Shown one piece after another: positions 8,031 to 18,358 of a stretch of 64,000 bases of DNA (the first letter of the stretch is position 1; each line of letters opens with the position of its first letter). The translations under genes were made by a program, and so were the position numbers. Under the pieces are notes generated by a model. It made no database searches and was not told the origin of the DNA. It worked only from the letters and a program-made list of their open reading frames with translations. The stretch comes from Candidatus Eiseniibacteriota bacterium (GTDB lineage: Bacteria > Eisenbacteria > RBG-16-71-46): the NCBI GenBank assembly GCA_963717505.1, contig OY970342.1, positions 1,696,001 to 1,760,000 on the forward strand, written 5' to 3'.

Positions 8031-9764
8031 TCAGGGAGCCCGGAAGTCGATCGCCATCACCCGCTCGGGATGGGCCTCGACCTTGTAGCGTGGCCGATGG
8101 CGGGCGATCAGCTCCTTGACCCGTCGTTCGGACTCGATGTTCCGCATCGACTCGTCCACCAGCTGTTCGACCTCGCGGAACTCGAGTTGGCGTCCGCCGT
8201 CGTAATTCAGGAGCTGGATCACACCGAAGGAGCCCTGGCGGTCCGGTCCCTCGACCACCACGTTCCCGGGCCGCATCTCCTCGAACAAGACCTTGTGGTA
8301 AGGCCCGTGCTCGTTGTGCGATCGCGTCTGGATCGACCCGCGCGTACGACCGGCGAGCGAATCCGCGCGCAGCAGGGCCGCCGGGTCGGCGCCGGCCACC
8401 AACAGCTGCTTCAGTGAGTCGGCCTCGGCCCGGGTGCTGGCGACCATGGCCACGAACCGCACGGTCGGATAGGTGAAGTACCCCGCCTTGTTGTCCTCGT
8501 AATACTTGCGGCGCTGCTCGGGCGTGATCTGGACCAGAGACTCGACGGAATCGCGAAACAGGTTGGTGACCATCAGCTCCTCGCGCTTCTGATCGATCAA
8601 AGTGGCAGCCAAAGGGTCCTTGTCGATGCCGCGCTCGATGGCCAATTCCACCATGGTCGGCTCCAGGATGAGCGCGTCCACCTGGATCTTGATGGCCTCG
8701 AGCGTCTCCAGCGCCGGACGGAGCATCGGCGACATGCTGTGCAGAGAATGAACCAGGTCCTTCACCGTGACCTGTCCGCTCCGGTGACGGGCCAGGACGC
8801 GACCCTCGTCCGTGGGGCTGAAGTCGGGCAGGTTGGGGTCGATTTCGAGCACTGGAGCTTCATCCCCGGAGGTCAGCTTGACCGACTTGCGGAACTGCTC
8901 GGAGGCCCAAGTGCAGTTGGCCTCGTCGTAGTGAACGTCGAGCTCCGCGATCAGCTCCTTCTGGATCTGTCGGGTTCGAACCGCCGCGCGCTGGTTCTGG
9001 ATCTGGCCGATGATCGCCCGGCGCAACGGCTCGAGGGCCGGAGCCTTGGTCGGCCTGCGTTCCACGAGCTGGACCACCTGGTAGCCGCTCGGATCGCTGA
9101 TGACGTCGGTGATCTGGCCCGGCTTGAAGCTGAACACCTGGGCGGCAAGCATCGCATCGACCCCCATGCGCCCGCGCCAGCCGATGTCGCCGTCGCGCAC
9201 CCGATCCTCGGCCGTCGAGAAGCGTCGAACCGCGACGCTCCACGCGATCTTGCGCGCGACCAGGTCACGCCGCACGCGTTCCGCCGTCGCCCGGTCGGCG
9301 AACTGGATGCGCTTGAGTCGGACTTCCCACTGGAACTGCTCGTAGGTTTCCTGAATGTCCTGTTCGGTGATGTGGATCGAGTCGATGACCATGCGCTGGT
9401 AGAGGACGTTGGAGATCACGCGGTTCGAGTAGTCGCGCAGTTCCGAACGCTGGGCGAAATCGAGCGGTGCGTTGACCTCGTAGGCCAGGAGTGCCAGGAC
9501 TTCCTTGTTGATCATGGTGTTGAGGAAGGTGACGCGCCCCAGGCTGTCCGGGCGCGGGCGGGTCGGCGCGTCGGAGTCGAAGAAGGCCTGCATGAACCGT
9601 TCGGCGCGAATGACGCGGGTTTCGACCCGTGCCATCACCGTGGAGTCGGGCAGCGGCTTGGACTGGGCCGCTCCGGCGACTACCGGCAGGATCGAAAGGG
9701 AGAGCCAGAGCGAGACGGCGAACATCGTCGGGCTCGGCGGGAGAGGGCCATGCACATGGGGCAT
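8031..9764 (-). CDS. Periplasmic SurA/PrsA-like peptidylprolyl isomerase with two PpiC-type modules
   Basis: Signal-like N-terminus; S.AED...GDIGW, PGQITDVI...GYQVVQLVE; second module YYEDNK..YF..VRF. Confidence 0.8.
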   Translation of the reverse strand: MPHVHGPLPPSPTMFAVSLWLSLSILPVVAGAAQSKPLPDSTVMARVETRVIRAERFMQAFFDSDAPTRPRPDSLGRVTFLNTMINKEVLALLAYEVNAPLDFAQRSELRDYSNRVISNVLYQRMVIDSIHITEQDIQETYEQFQWEVRLKRIQFADRATAERVRRDLVARKIAWSVAVRRFSTAEDRVRDGDIGWRGRMGVDAMLAAQVFSFKPGQITDVISDPSGYQVVQLVERRPTKAPALEPLRRAIIGQIQNQRAAVRTRQIQKELIAELDVHYDEANCTWASEQFRKSVKLTSGDEAPVLEIDPNLPDFSPTDEGRVLARHRSGQVTVKDLVHSLHSMSPMLRPALETLEAIKIQVDALILEPTMVELAIERGIDKDPLAATLIDQKREELMVTNLFRDSVESLVQITPEQRRKYYEDNKAGYFTYPTVRFVAMVASTRAEADSLKQLLVAGADPAALLRADSLAGRTRGSIQTRSHNEHGPYHKVLFEEMRPGNVVVEGPDRQGSFGVIQLLNYDGGRQLEFREVEQLVDESMRNIESERRVKELIARHRPRYKVEAHPERVMAIDFRAP

Positions 9765-9950
9765 GTTCGGAGTCTCCGGGGGCGCTTCCGCGCCGGTAGT
9801 GGGGGTCGCACGCCATCGTCTCGGAACCTGATCGGCCCCGGGTTCGAAGGCTCGGAGTGCGTTCCGGGAAGCAGTCGAAAGGGCCGTTGAGTCTAATAAG
9901 GACGCTTGTCGCAGGTCAACGGCGGCTTGTGCGACTCCCCGGGTCCATGG

Positions 9951-11294
9951 TCAAGGCTCGGTCATTTCCACGAGTACTGCGTCGTTGCTGCGCACGCGCA
10001 CTCGTTTTCGCTCGCGCTCGATCAGCGCACGGAGCCGACCGGCGACCTGATCCTCGTGCCAGGCCCGGCGCACCTCGGGGCGGACCTCGTCGAGCGGCCG
10101 CACGCGGGCCGGGAGAACCGCCTGGACTCGGGTGACCCGCCAGCCGCCGGCCACCGAATCGGGTCCGATCACGGCTCCGGGCCCGGAGCGACGAGCACCT
10201 TCGAACAGGGCGCTGTCGCTCTCCGCGGAGATCTCGATCTCGTAGCGTGCACCTTGCCGGCGCCCGCGCGCCGCCAGGCTTTCGGCGTAAGCGGCGTTTG
10301 CGAGCTCGAGCGCCAGCTTCGTCGCCTCGCGGCGGCCCGGAAGCGTCAACGTGATCACCTGGAGACGAACCGGCAGCGTCCACGAAGCCGAGTGAGTTCG
10401 ATGGAAGTGCTCGAGCGCGCTCGCGTCGGGTTCCGGGATCGGATCGTAGACTTCTCGTTCCATCAGGTGACGTACCGCGATCAGCTCGCGCTCCCGTTCG
10501 AGGGCCGCCTGGAATTCGGGAGTGCGATCGATCCCCGATCGGGTGGCCTCGAGCCGCAGCCAGCGCTCGAACAGACCGTTGTCGACCAGGTTGCGCACCT
10601 GATCGGCCTCGGTGACCCGCGGACGGTAGACCGGCTGGAGGCTGGCGTAGTGGTCGACCAGGTCGCCGACTGTAAAGTTGCCGGCGGCAGCCGTCGTCGC
10701 GAGCGATTTCGCTCGCTCCTCGGTCGTGACCTCGGGGACCGCGCTGAGGGCCCGCATCTGGGCCGCGAGCGAGGAGTCCGACGAAGGTCGCGGCAAAGCC
10801 GCGAAGGCGGCGGCCATGCGTTGGAGCTGCGCCTCGTCGTAACGAGGCGCGAGGGACTGGATCGCGCGTTCCCGGGCGGCGATGCCGACGGTACCGGCGT
10901 CGGCCGCGGAATCCCCGTCTGCGGCCAGAGCGCCTCGGGCGGCCGCCAGGGCCGACTCCAGAGCGGGACGGAGCAGCATGCGATCCCGGGCCGCGGCGAA
11001 GTAGGCGCTGTCCTCCGCGGTCCAGGCCACGGGCTCGCGGGTCGCCGCCGTGGCAATCAGCTCACGGTCGACCAGGGCTTCGAGAAACCCCCGGGCCTCT
11101 TCCGGGGTAGGCACCGATGCCGAGGCCCCGGGGTGGGTTTCGGACCAGGCCCTTTGGAACGACGACACGGTGACGGCCCGCTCCCCGACGGTCGCCAGGA
11201 CCGAGTCTGGGAGGCTGGCCGCTCCGGCGGCAGCGCCCGGGGGCAGGACGAGCACCAGGGCCAGTCCTGCCGCCGAAACCTTAGAGTTCCCCAT
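9951..11294 (-). CDS. Second SurA/PrsA-like foldase (degenerate PpiC)
   Basis: Start at ATG 11294 (MGNSKVSAAGLALV..); VLATVGERAVT, FLEALVDRELI, RPLDEVRPEV SurA-like motifs; the longer track ORF is a shadow of porU. Confidence 0.7.
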   Translation of the reverse strand: MGNSKVSAAGLALVLVLPPGAAAGAASLPDSVLATVGERAVTVSSFQRAWSETHPGASASVPTPEEARGFLEALVDRELIATAATREPVAWTAEDSAYFAAARDRMLLRPALESALAAARGALAADGDSAADAGTVGIAARERAIQSLAPRYDEAQLQRMAAAFAALPRPSSDSSLAAQMRALSAVPEVTTEERAKSLATTAAAGNFTVGDLVDHYASLQPVYRPRVTEADQVRNLVDNGLFERWLRLEATRSGIDRTPEFQAALERERELIAVRHLMEREVYDPIPEPDASALEHFHRTHSASWTLPVRLQVITLTLPGRREATKLALELANAAYAESLAARGRRQGARYEIEISAESDSALFEGARRSGPGAVIGPDSVAGGWRVTRVQAVLPARVRPLDEVRPEVRRAWHEDQVAGRLRALIERERKRVRVRSNDAVLVEMTEP

Positions 11295-11320
11295 ATTCCG
11301 ATGCGCTGCGCGACTCATCC

Positions 11321-11350
11321 TTGACCGCTCCGAAAGCCAGTTCCTAGACT
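11321..11350 (+). promoter_or_regulatory. Sigma70-type promoter with very short leader to the C25 gene
   Basis: TTGACC-N18-TAGACT; ATG 10 nt downstream with no SD. Confidence 0.6.
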
Positions 11351-11360
11351 CCCCTCTTCC

Positions 11361-14300
11361 ATGCCCAACTCCCGTTTCGGCATTTCCGCCGTCCTGCTTG
11401 CGCTGGGCGCTTTTCCCGCGCTCCTGAACGCCAGCCCGGTACAGGTCCTCCAGTCCGACGCCCAGGGCGTCACGCTGCGCTGGGAGCTGCCGGAGGCTCG
11501 GAACGTAGCCGGGCCCGACGGCCGGATCACGATCGACGCGCGCCTCGACGCTCATTTGCGCGAGCCCGGCAGGCCCAGCCTGCCGTTCGTTTCGGCGACG
11601 ATCGCCCTGCCCCCGGGCGCACGTCCCGTGGCGCGGTTGGCGGAAAGCTCGCCAGAGGTGGTGTACGACGGCGTGCGAGTTGCCGTCAATGGACGCTCGG
11701 TGCTCCGCGAGAACCCGAACGACGAGGGATTCGTGCCGGCGATCGAGGCGGTGGAGCCGGTCCGGGATGGACTCTGGCCGGTGGAGGAAGTGGCACTCGG
11801 CGATCCCTTCAACGTTCGCCGGCAGCGCCTGGTGGCGGTGCGCGTCTACCCTTACCGCTACGACGAATTGGCGGCGCGCCTGGTGGAACGGCGGAGCATC
11901 ACGGTGCGCGTGGACTTCGTGGGTGCTCGCCTCACCGAGGGCGTGACCTCGCAGGATCGACATTGGGAGCCGGTGCTCAGGAACCTGGTCGTGAATTTCG
12001 AGCAGGCGCGGGCGTGGTTCGAGCGCGCCACCCCGGCTCGCCGCATCGACCCCGAGCAGCTGAGCGGCCCGGCGACCGGGCGCGCGGCGAGCGGCCGGCT
12101 GGGCGCTCAACGGGTGGGCGCTCCGAGCGCCGAGCCGAACGCCGTGGTCGCGTTCGACGAAAGCTATCCCGAAGTCCGACTGCAGACCGACACCACCGGC
12201 GTCTACGGATTCGTGTTCGACGATCTGGAAGCCAGCGGATACCCGGCGGGCGTGCCCGTGTCCGAAGTCAGCGTCCATCGCCACGAGTTCGTCGAGGGCG
12301 CGAACCCCGCCTACGTCACCATCGAGCTGCCGATCGAAGTGGATGACTGGAACGGCAACGGCACCTTCGACTCGGGGGACGCGATCCATTGCTGGGTGCT
12401 GAGCTGGGCCGACCGGTCGAAGGCGAGTTACGCCCAGCGCTACTGGGGCGTCGGCGAGGCGCTGTACGCCACCCGGATCCGGGACCGGCCCGGTTTGCGA
12501 CTGCCGAGTCGCTCCGGTTGGCACGGCCTCACGCTGACCCCGTTGGCTTCGTATCCGTTCCTCCAGCGGTTCGAACGGGAGAACTACTATTTCCCGACGC
12601 CGCCCGACACCAACTTCGATACGTTTCACTGGAACGAGCTGCTGCAGTTTGCGCGACCCGAATCCACGACGTTCGAGGTCAACCACCTCGACACCTCGCG
12701 CAGCGTGACCTTCTCGGTCACCTGGAACGGCCGCCGCAACCTGATCCGTTCGGCGTGGGCGCATGTGCGCAACGGCCGCCGCGAGATCACCTCGATCGCC
12801 GACTCGGTGCGCTGGTTCGGCCTGGCCGAGATCACGCGTAGCGCGACGCTCAACGGCTCGGCGCTGACCGAAGGGCCGACCAATGTGTTCCGCACCTGGG
12901 GCAAGAACAGCGACCTGGACCTGTTCGCCAATTGCGCCCTCAACCGCTTCGACGTCGTCTACTGGCGCGCCTTCCGGGCACTCGGCCGGAACCTGACCTG
13001 CAACAGCGGATCGACGTTGGGTTTCTTCGAGATCCAGGGCGCGGGCTTCCCGACCAACGCCATTCGGGTCTACGACGTCACCGACTCGCTCAACCCGGTG
13101 CGCCTGGTCATCGACCCAGCGCGCATCACGTTCGACGGTTCGCGGTATACCGTGGCCTTCCAGGACTCGAGCGGCGGCGAGCGCCGACGCTACGTGGCGT
13201 ACGACGTGCCCAAGATCCTGCCGGTCGAGCGCATGGCGGCGGTGACGCGCCGCAATCTGGCGGGCGGCGCGCCGGCCAGCTACCTGCTGGTGGCGCCCGA
13301 GGAATTCCTGGGCGTCGTCCAGCCGCTGGTCGATCTCCGAACCTCGCAGGGGCTCGAGGTGCGGGTGGCGCCGACCCAGTCGATCTACGACGAGTTCAAC
13401 GGCGGCCGGAAGTCGTCGTACGCGCTCAAGCGCTTCTTCCGCTACGCGTACGACAACTGGAATGCCGAGTTCGTAATGCTATTGGGCGACGGCAGCGAGG
13501 ATCCCCAGCGTCTCCTCGGGCGGGACCCGATCTTCTTCCCGGACGGCAATGCAGGACCGGACTGGGTCCCGGCGCAGAAGATCATGGGCCCGGTGCCGGC
13601 CAACGACCTGCGCGAGGCGATCCCGAGCGATACCTGGCTCGTGAACTTCTACGGCTCGGTCCCCACCGACAGCTCGAGCCTGCCGAGCATGTTCGTCGGC
13701 CGGATTCCCACCTACGACGTGACCGCCCTCCAGGCGGTGATCCAGAAGATCGTGGACTACGAGGCCATCGATCCGGACGCTCCGTGGCGGCGGAAGGCGC
13801 TCCTGCTCGCCGACGACCGGTACTCGTCGACCAGCTTCTTCGGCGGCGGCACCACCACCACCACTTACTGCAAGAAGGACTACGAAGACGTCTTCAACAC
13901 GCTCAGCGAGCGGGTACGCGAAATCATCCACGACGAGGCCGGCCTCAAGTTGATGGACGTCGAGGTGTTCGACGCTCAGTACTACATGGCCGGGTTCCGA
14001 ACCTACTTCGACGCGACGTACGACACCTGCCGCGGGGTACCGACCCAGAGCCACGCCCGGAACTGGGCTGATGCCCAGGCGTACGGCCATGCGTTCGTCA
14101 GTCCGCTGGTCCTCGCGCGTCTCAATGCCGGTGTGCTGTGGTGGAACTACCAGGGCCACGCCAACCAGTACGTGATCGCTCACGAGAACCTGTACGTCAA
14201 TGGCACCAGCTTCGACGACCGCAACCTGCTGACCAACGTCGACCGGCCGTTCCTGTTCAGCGGATTCTCGTGCCATCCGAACGGGTTCGCCGCCGCCGAG

Positions 14301-15611
14301 GAGCTCGAGGGCAACAAGGGCCCGTCCTTCGGCGAGGACCTGGTCATGCTGTCGGACCGAGGCGCGATCGCGTCGTGGGCATCCTCGGGCTACGAGATCC
14401 TGCCGTCCCAGTTCGCGACCGAGCACATCAACACCCGCTTCGCGCGCTCGCTGACCGCCGATCCGCCGCGCGACCCCACGCTCGGCGCCAACGGCGCGCG
14501 GGTCGTCCTCGGCGAGGCGATCGCGCAGGCGCTGCTCCAGAACTTCGCGGTCGAGAGCGGGACCGAGAAGACCGTCGGGATCTCCTACCTTTTGCTCGGG
14601 GATCCCGCGACGCGCTTCTCGATCGGAGCGCCACAGATCCTGGTCACCGCCAACGGCGACACGGTGACCCACGACCAGCCGGTGCGGCTGGTGACTGGGG
14701 GCGACACGCTGCGCATCGAGGCCGAGCTGGTGTCCAACGTCCAGCTCACCACGCTGACCTTCGAGTATCAGGACGCGTTCGGTACGCGCACGATTCCCAC
14801 GGCCGACTACACCGTGACGCCCGCGTTCCCGGACACCGGCGCCGGGAGCACCGGTGCCCGTCGTTTCCACCTGGTCTATCGGACGTCGCTGGCGTCGGGA
14901 TCGTACCGCTACATCCTGCGCACCACCGATCGCAATGGGCTGCCGAGCCGGTTCGACATCGTGTTCCAGCTCCAGGCCCAGCTGCGCGCCGAGGGGGCGC
15001 CGATCCGCGATGGCGATCCGGTGTCCAGCACCGCCAACCTGTCGCTGCTGTTCCTGTCGCCGATCCCGCTGACACCGGCGACCGACATCGAGCTGCGCGT
15101 GAACGGCACGCCGCAACCGTTCGCCTTCGTTCCCGCGAACAACGACACCAGCAGCCGCGAATGGCTGTTGAGCTGGACGCACCTGCCCTACGCGGCCGGC
15201 ACCTACTCGCTCGAGATCCGCCTGCAGGGCACACTGGTTGCGACCGTCACGTTCACCGTCACCGATGCGGTGAGCTTCCGCGACCTGATGGCGTTCCCCA
15301 ATCCATTCGACAACGAGTACGGCACGCGGTTCTCGTTCATGTTCGACAGCCCGGCGCCGTTCGACCTGCTGCTACGGGTGTACACGGTGTCGGGGCGGTT
15401 GATCTTCGAGCGCACCGAGCGCAGTCTGCAGCCCGGCTACCACCAGATTCCGTGGGACGGTCTCGACGCCGAGGGCGAGGAGCTGGCGAACGGGGTCTAC
15501 TTCTTCAAGCTGCTGGCGCGCAGCAGCGCCGGCTCGACCACCGAAACCGGCCGGCTGGTGAAGCTGCGCCGGCCGCGCACCGAGGAACCCGAGGAAACCG
15601 GAGCCCCATGA
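11361..15611 (+). CDS. PorU-like C25 (gingipain-family) cysteine peptidase with propeptide and FlgD/T9SS-type CTD
   Basis: Signal peptide; G.PSLP propeptide; IYDEFNGG, LLGDG, VGRIP; catalytic NYQGHA and FSCH; YLLLGDPA; C-terminal FPNPF..VYTVSGRLI..WDG.D..G..LANGVYF. Confidence 0.85.
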   Translation: MPNSRFGISAVLLALGAFPALLNASPVQVLQSDAQGVTLRWELPEARNVAGPDGRITIDARLDAHLREPGRPSLPFVSATIALPPGARPVARLAESSPEVVYDGVRVAVNGRSVLRENPNDEGFVPAIEAVEPVRDGLWPVEEVALGDPFNVRRQRLVAVRVYPYRYDELAARLVERRSITVRVDFVGARLTEGVTSQDRHWEPVLRNLVVNFEQARAWFERATPARRIDPEQLSGPATGRAASGRLGAQRVGAPSAEPNAVVAFDESYPEVRLQTDTTGVYGFVFDDLEASGYPAGVPVSEVSVHRHEFVEGANPAYVTIELPIEVDDWNGNGTFDSGDAIHCWVLSWADRSKASYAQRYWGVGEALYATRIRDRPGLRLPSRSGWHGLTLTPLASYPFLQRFERENYYFPTPPDTNFDTFHWNELLQFARPESTTFEVNHLDTSRSVTFSVTWNGRRNLIRSAWAHVRNGRREITSIADSVRWFGLAEITRSATLNGSALTEGPTNVFRTWGKNSDLDLFANCALNRFDVVYWRAFRALGRNLTCNSGSTLGFFEIQGAGFPTNAIRVYDVTDSLNPVRLVIDPARITFDGSRYTVAFQDSSGGERRRYVAYDVPKILPVERMAAVTRRNLAGGAPASYLLVAPEEFLGVVQPLVDLRTSQGLEVRVAPTQSIYDEFNGGRKSSYALKRFFRYAYDNWNAEFVMLLGDGSEDPQRLLGRDPIFFPDGNAGPDWVPAQKIMGPVPANDLREAIPSDTWLVNFYGSVPTDSSSLPSMFVGRIPTYDVTALQAVIQKIVDYEAIDPDAPWRRKALLLADDRYSSTSFFGGGTTTTTYCKKDYEDVFNTLSERVREIIHDEAGLKLMDVEVFDAQYYMAGFRTYFDATYDTCRGVPTQSHARNWADAQAYGHAFVSPLVLARLNAGVLWWNYQGHANQYVIAHENLYVNGTSFDDRNLLTNVDRPFLFSGFSCHPNGFAAAEELEGNKGPSFGEDLVMLSDRGAIASWASSGYEILPSQFATEHINTRFARSLTADPPRDPTLGANGARVVLGEAIAQALLQNFAVESGTEKTVGISYLLLGDPATRFSIGAPQILVTANGDTVTHDQPVRLVTGGDTLRIEAELVSNVQLTTLTFEYQDAFGTRTIPTADYTVTPAFPDTGAGSTGARRFHLVYRTSLASGSYRYILRTTDRNGLPSRFDIVFQLQAQLRAEGAPIRDGDPVSSTANLSLLFLSPIPLTPATDIELRVNGTPQPFAFVPANNDTSSREWLLSWTHLPYAAGTYSLEIRLQGTLVATVTFTVTDAVSFRDLMAFPNPFDNEYGTRFSFMFDSPAPFDLLLRVYTVSGRLIFERTERSLQPGYHQIPWDGLDAEGEELANGVYFFKLLARSSAGSTTETGRLVKLRRPRTEEPEETGAP

Positions 15612-17509
15612 CGCCAGGTCGCACGTCGGTGATCGCCAGCGCGCTCCTCAACGTGGTGTTGCTGGTGTCGGCCGGCATGGCGGCGGCGGCCGAATCGGCC
15701 CCCAGCCCCCGCCGCGCGATCGCGATCGCCGAAGATCAGCGGCGTTACCCGGATCTCAAGCGCTTCCTCGCGCACGCCGATTCGGCGATTCGCGCCCGCG
15801 CCGTGCTCGCGGTCGGCAGGCTCCAGGACTCGACCACCGTTCCCGATCTGCTGCCGATGCTCGACGACTCGAGCGCCACGGTGCGCGCCGAAGTGCTGTT
15901 CGCCCTCGGCCAGATCGGGCACCGCTCGGCGCGGGCGGCGCTCGAAGGCCGGCTCCAGGGCGGCTCGACCGATTCCCGCGGGCTCGCGATCGAGGCGCTG
16001 GGCAAGCTCACCGATCCGGCATCGACCCCGCGGCTGGTGCGCTTCCTCGCCGATCCCTCGCCGGCGCTCCGGCGCGAAGCCGCGATGGCGCTGTGGCGGA
16101 TCGGTGATTCGACCGCGGTCGATCACCTGCTGGCCCGGCGCAGCGATCCCGATCCCGGTGTGCGCTGGCGCGTTCTCTATGCGCTCGAGAAGATCGTCAT
16201 GCCGTCGAAAGTGGTTCTGCCGGTGGCGCTCCACCTCGACGACACCGACGCCCTGGTGCGCGCCTATGCCGTGCGAACGCTCGGGCGCCAGAAGTCGCCG
16301 AGGGCGACCGCCTACGTCACGCAGGCGGTGGGCGACGCCGACCGCAACGTCGCGGTCAATGCGATCCGAGCCCTGCAGATGATCGCCGACACGACCTGTG
16401 CCTCGTGCCTGCCCACGTTGACCGGGGCGTTGGCGCATGCCCATCCCTACATGCGGGTGACCGCGGCCACCGCTCTGGCCGACCGTTTCGCCTGGGGTCC
16501 GGCGGACAGCGCGGCACGCGCGGGGGCGATGAAGGCGCTGGACAAGGCGCTGGCCGACAGCAACGCCGCGACCCGGGGTGCTGCCGCGCGAGCGTTGCTC
16601 GCGCGCGACGGCGAACGGGCGCTCGATCGCGTGCGCCCGCTGCTCGCCGACTCGTCGCTGTACGCACGCACCGCGGTGATCACGGCGCTGACCCTGCTGC
16701 CGGCGGCCACGGTCACGCCCCTGCTGCTCGAGCGCCTGACGCCCGTGCATCCCCTGTTCGTGCGCATGACCGCGGCGGATGCGCTGGGAACCCTGAAGGC
16801 GCCCGAGGCGTTGGCCCCGCTGCGTGCGGCCCTCGAGGACTCGACCCTGCTGTACTGCGCCTCGGCGGCCGCCGCACTGGGCGAAATGGGCGACAGCGCC
16901 AGCGTGCCGGCGCTGTCGGCCGCGTACGCGAGCCGCGCACGCGACGCCGATGCCGACGCGCGCATCGCGATCCGCGACGCTCTGCGCAAACTGGCGGGCC
17001 GCGCGTACGCCGACAGCATCGAGCGCAAGTATCCGACTCCGGCGGCACCGGCCGAGTTCGCCGCCGACTTCCAGGATCCGCCGGCCTGGCGCGGAGCGGT
17101 TCTGCACACCGCCCGCGGCGCCATCGAGTGGTCGTTCTACGGCGCCGAAGCGCCTCAGACGGTGAAGAACTTCTGCCGGCTCGCCGAGCGCGGCTACTTC
17201 AACGGTCTCGCGGTTCACCGCGTGGTGCCGAACTTCGTCATCCAGGACGGCGACCCGACCGGCACCGGGTCGGGCGGCCCGGGCTACTCGATACGATGCG
17301 AGTACAACCAGCTGCGCTACGAGCCGGGCATGGTCGGCATGGCGCTCGCCGGCAAGGACACGGGCGGGAGCCAGTGGTTCATCAACCACTCGCCGCAACC
17401 GCACCTGAACGGCCGGTACACGATCTTCGCCCGCGTAGTCCGCGGCATGGAGGTCGTCCAGAACGTCGTCCAGGGCGACCGGGTGCTGAAGGTCGAGCTC
17501 CTGAAGTAG
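15608..17509 (+). CDS. Secreted HEAT-repeat protein with C-terminal cyclophilin PPIase
   Basis: ATG overlaps C25 gene stop; many VR..A..ALG HEAT repeats; HRVVPNFVIQDGDP.G.GSGGPGY and DTGGSQWFI. Confidence 0.9.
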   Translation: MTPGRTSVIASALLNVVLLVSAGMAAAAESAPSPRRAIAIAEDQRRYPDLKRFLAHADSAIRARAVLAVGRLQDSTTVPDLLPMLDDSSATVRAEVLFALGQIGHRSARAALEGRLQGGSTDSRGLAIEALGKLTDPASTPRLVRFLADPSPALRREAAMALWRIGDSTAVDHLLARRSDPDPGVRWRVLYALEKIVMPSKVVLPVALHLDDTDALVRAYAVRTLGRQKSPRATAYVTQAVGDADRNVAVNAIRALQMIADTTCASCLPTLTGALAHAHPYMRVTAATALADRFAWGPADSAARAGAMKALDKALADSNAATRGAAARALLARDGERALDRVRPLLADSSLYARTAVITALTLLPAATVTPLLLERLTPVHPLFVRMTAADALGTLKAPEALAPLRAALEDSTLLYCASAAAALGEMGDSASVPALSAAYASRARDADADARIAIRDALRKLAGRAYADSIERKYPTPAAPAEFAADFQDPPAWRGAVLHTARGAIEWSFYGAEAPQTVKNFCRLAERGYFNGLAVHRVVPNFVIQDGDPTGTGSGGPGYSIRCEYNQLRYEPGMVGMALAGKDTGGSQWFINHSPQPHLNGRYTIFARVVRGMEVVQNVVQGDRVLKVELLK

Positions 17510-18358
17510 CTAGAACGCCTGGTCGAGCCACTCCTCGAGGATCGTGCGAATCTTCACCGCACCGAGGCCGGCGTGCACCTTGACGTCATCGTGCGTGATG
17601 ATCTCGTCGGTCAGGCCGGTCGCGCGGTTGGTCACGCAGGAAATGCTCGCGCATGCCGCGCCCAGCTCGGCGGCCAGCGTCACCTCGTGCACCGTGCTCA
17701 TGCACACGACGTCGGCGCCCAGGGCTGCGGCCATCCGCACCTCGGCGGCGGTCTCGTAGCTCGGTCCGTGGCTGCCGAGCAGGACGCCGCGGTCGAGTCG
17801 GATTCTCGAACGCAATGCGGCCCGTTCCAGGGCCTGAGCGAGCGAGGGATCGTAGGGCGTCGCCACCCGGCGCCCGGCGCGGCGCTCGGTGCGCTCGGCG
17901 GGCGAGAGCAGGCCGCGCTTGCCGATGAAGTTGATGTGACTCGAAGCCAGCACCAGGTCGCCCGGCCTGAGTTCTGGATGGATCGCGCCGACCGCGTTGG
18001 TGAACACCAGGGTCCGCGCGCCGAGGGCGTGCATCACGCGCACGCCGAAGGTCACGCGATCGAGCGAATAGCCCTCGTAGCGATGGCTGCGCCCGGCGAG
18101 GATCGCGACCGGTACCCCGCGCCACGTGCCGAGCGCCAGGCGGCCGAAGTGGCCCTCCACCGTCGACGGCGGCCAGTGCGGGATCGCGCGCGTCTCGACC
18201 ACGACCGCGTCGGCCACCGCATCGACCACATCGCCCAGGCCCGAGCCGAGTGTCAGGCCGACGCGCGGGATCGACGGAGTTCGCGCGCGCAGGAATGCCA
18301 CCGCGTCGCGCACGCGGGTCTCGACGTCGTCGACCGGCAGGGCCGGGGGCTCGATCAC
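17510..18358 (-). CDS. punA: Purine nucleoside phosphorylase
   Basis: LGSGLG, GH.G.L, GRSHRYEG, TNAVG, GPSYET.AE, MSTVHE; GTG start overlapping the upstream stop. Confidence 0.9.
   Translation of the reverse strand: MIEPPALPVDDVETRVRDAVAFLRARTPSIPRVGLTLGSGLGDVVDAVADAVVVETRAIPHWPPSTVEGHFGRLALGTWRGVPVAILAGRSHRYEGYSLDRVTFGVRVMHALGARTLVFTNAVGAIHPELRPGDLVLASSHINFIGKRGLLSPAERTERRAGRRVATPYDPSLAQALERAALRSRIRLDRGVLLGSHGPSYETAAEVRMAAALGADVVCMSTVHEVTLAAELGAACASISCVTNRATGLTDEIITHDDVKVHAGLGAVKIRTILEEWLDQAF

Noticed and set aside
11295-12764. N-terminal half of the 937-aa minus-strand ORF
   Set aside because: Antisense shadow of the C25 gene; the SurA-like sequence with a signal peptide begins at 11294.
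14138-15607. N-terminal extension of the 1123-aa ORF
   Set aside because: Out-of-frame overlap with the C25 gene, Arg/Pro-rich; the real start is ATG 15608.
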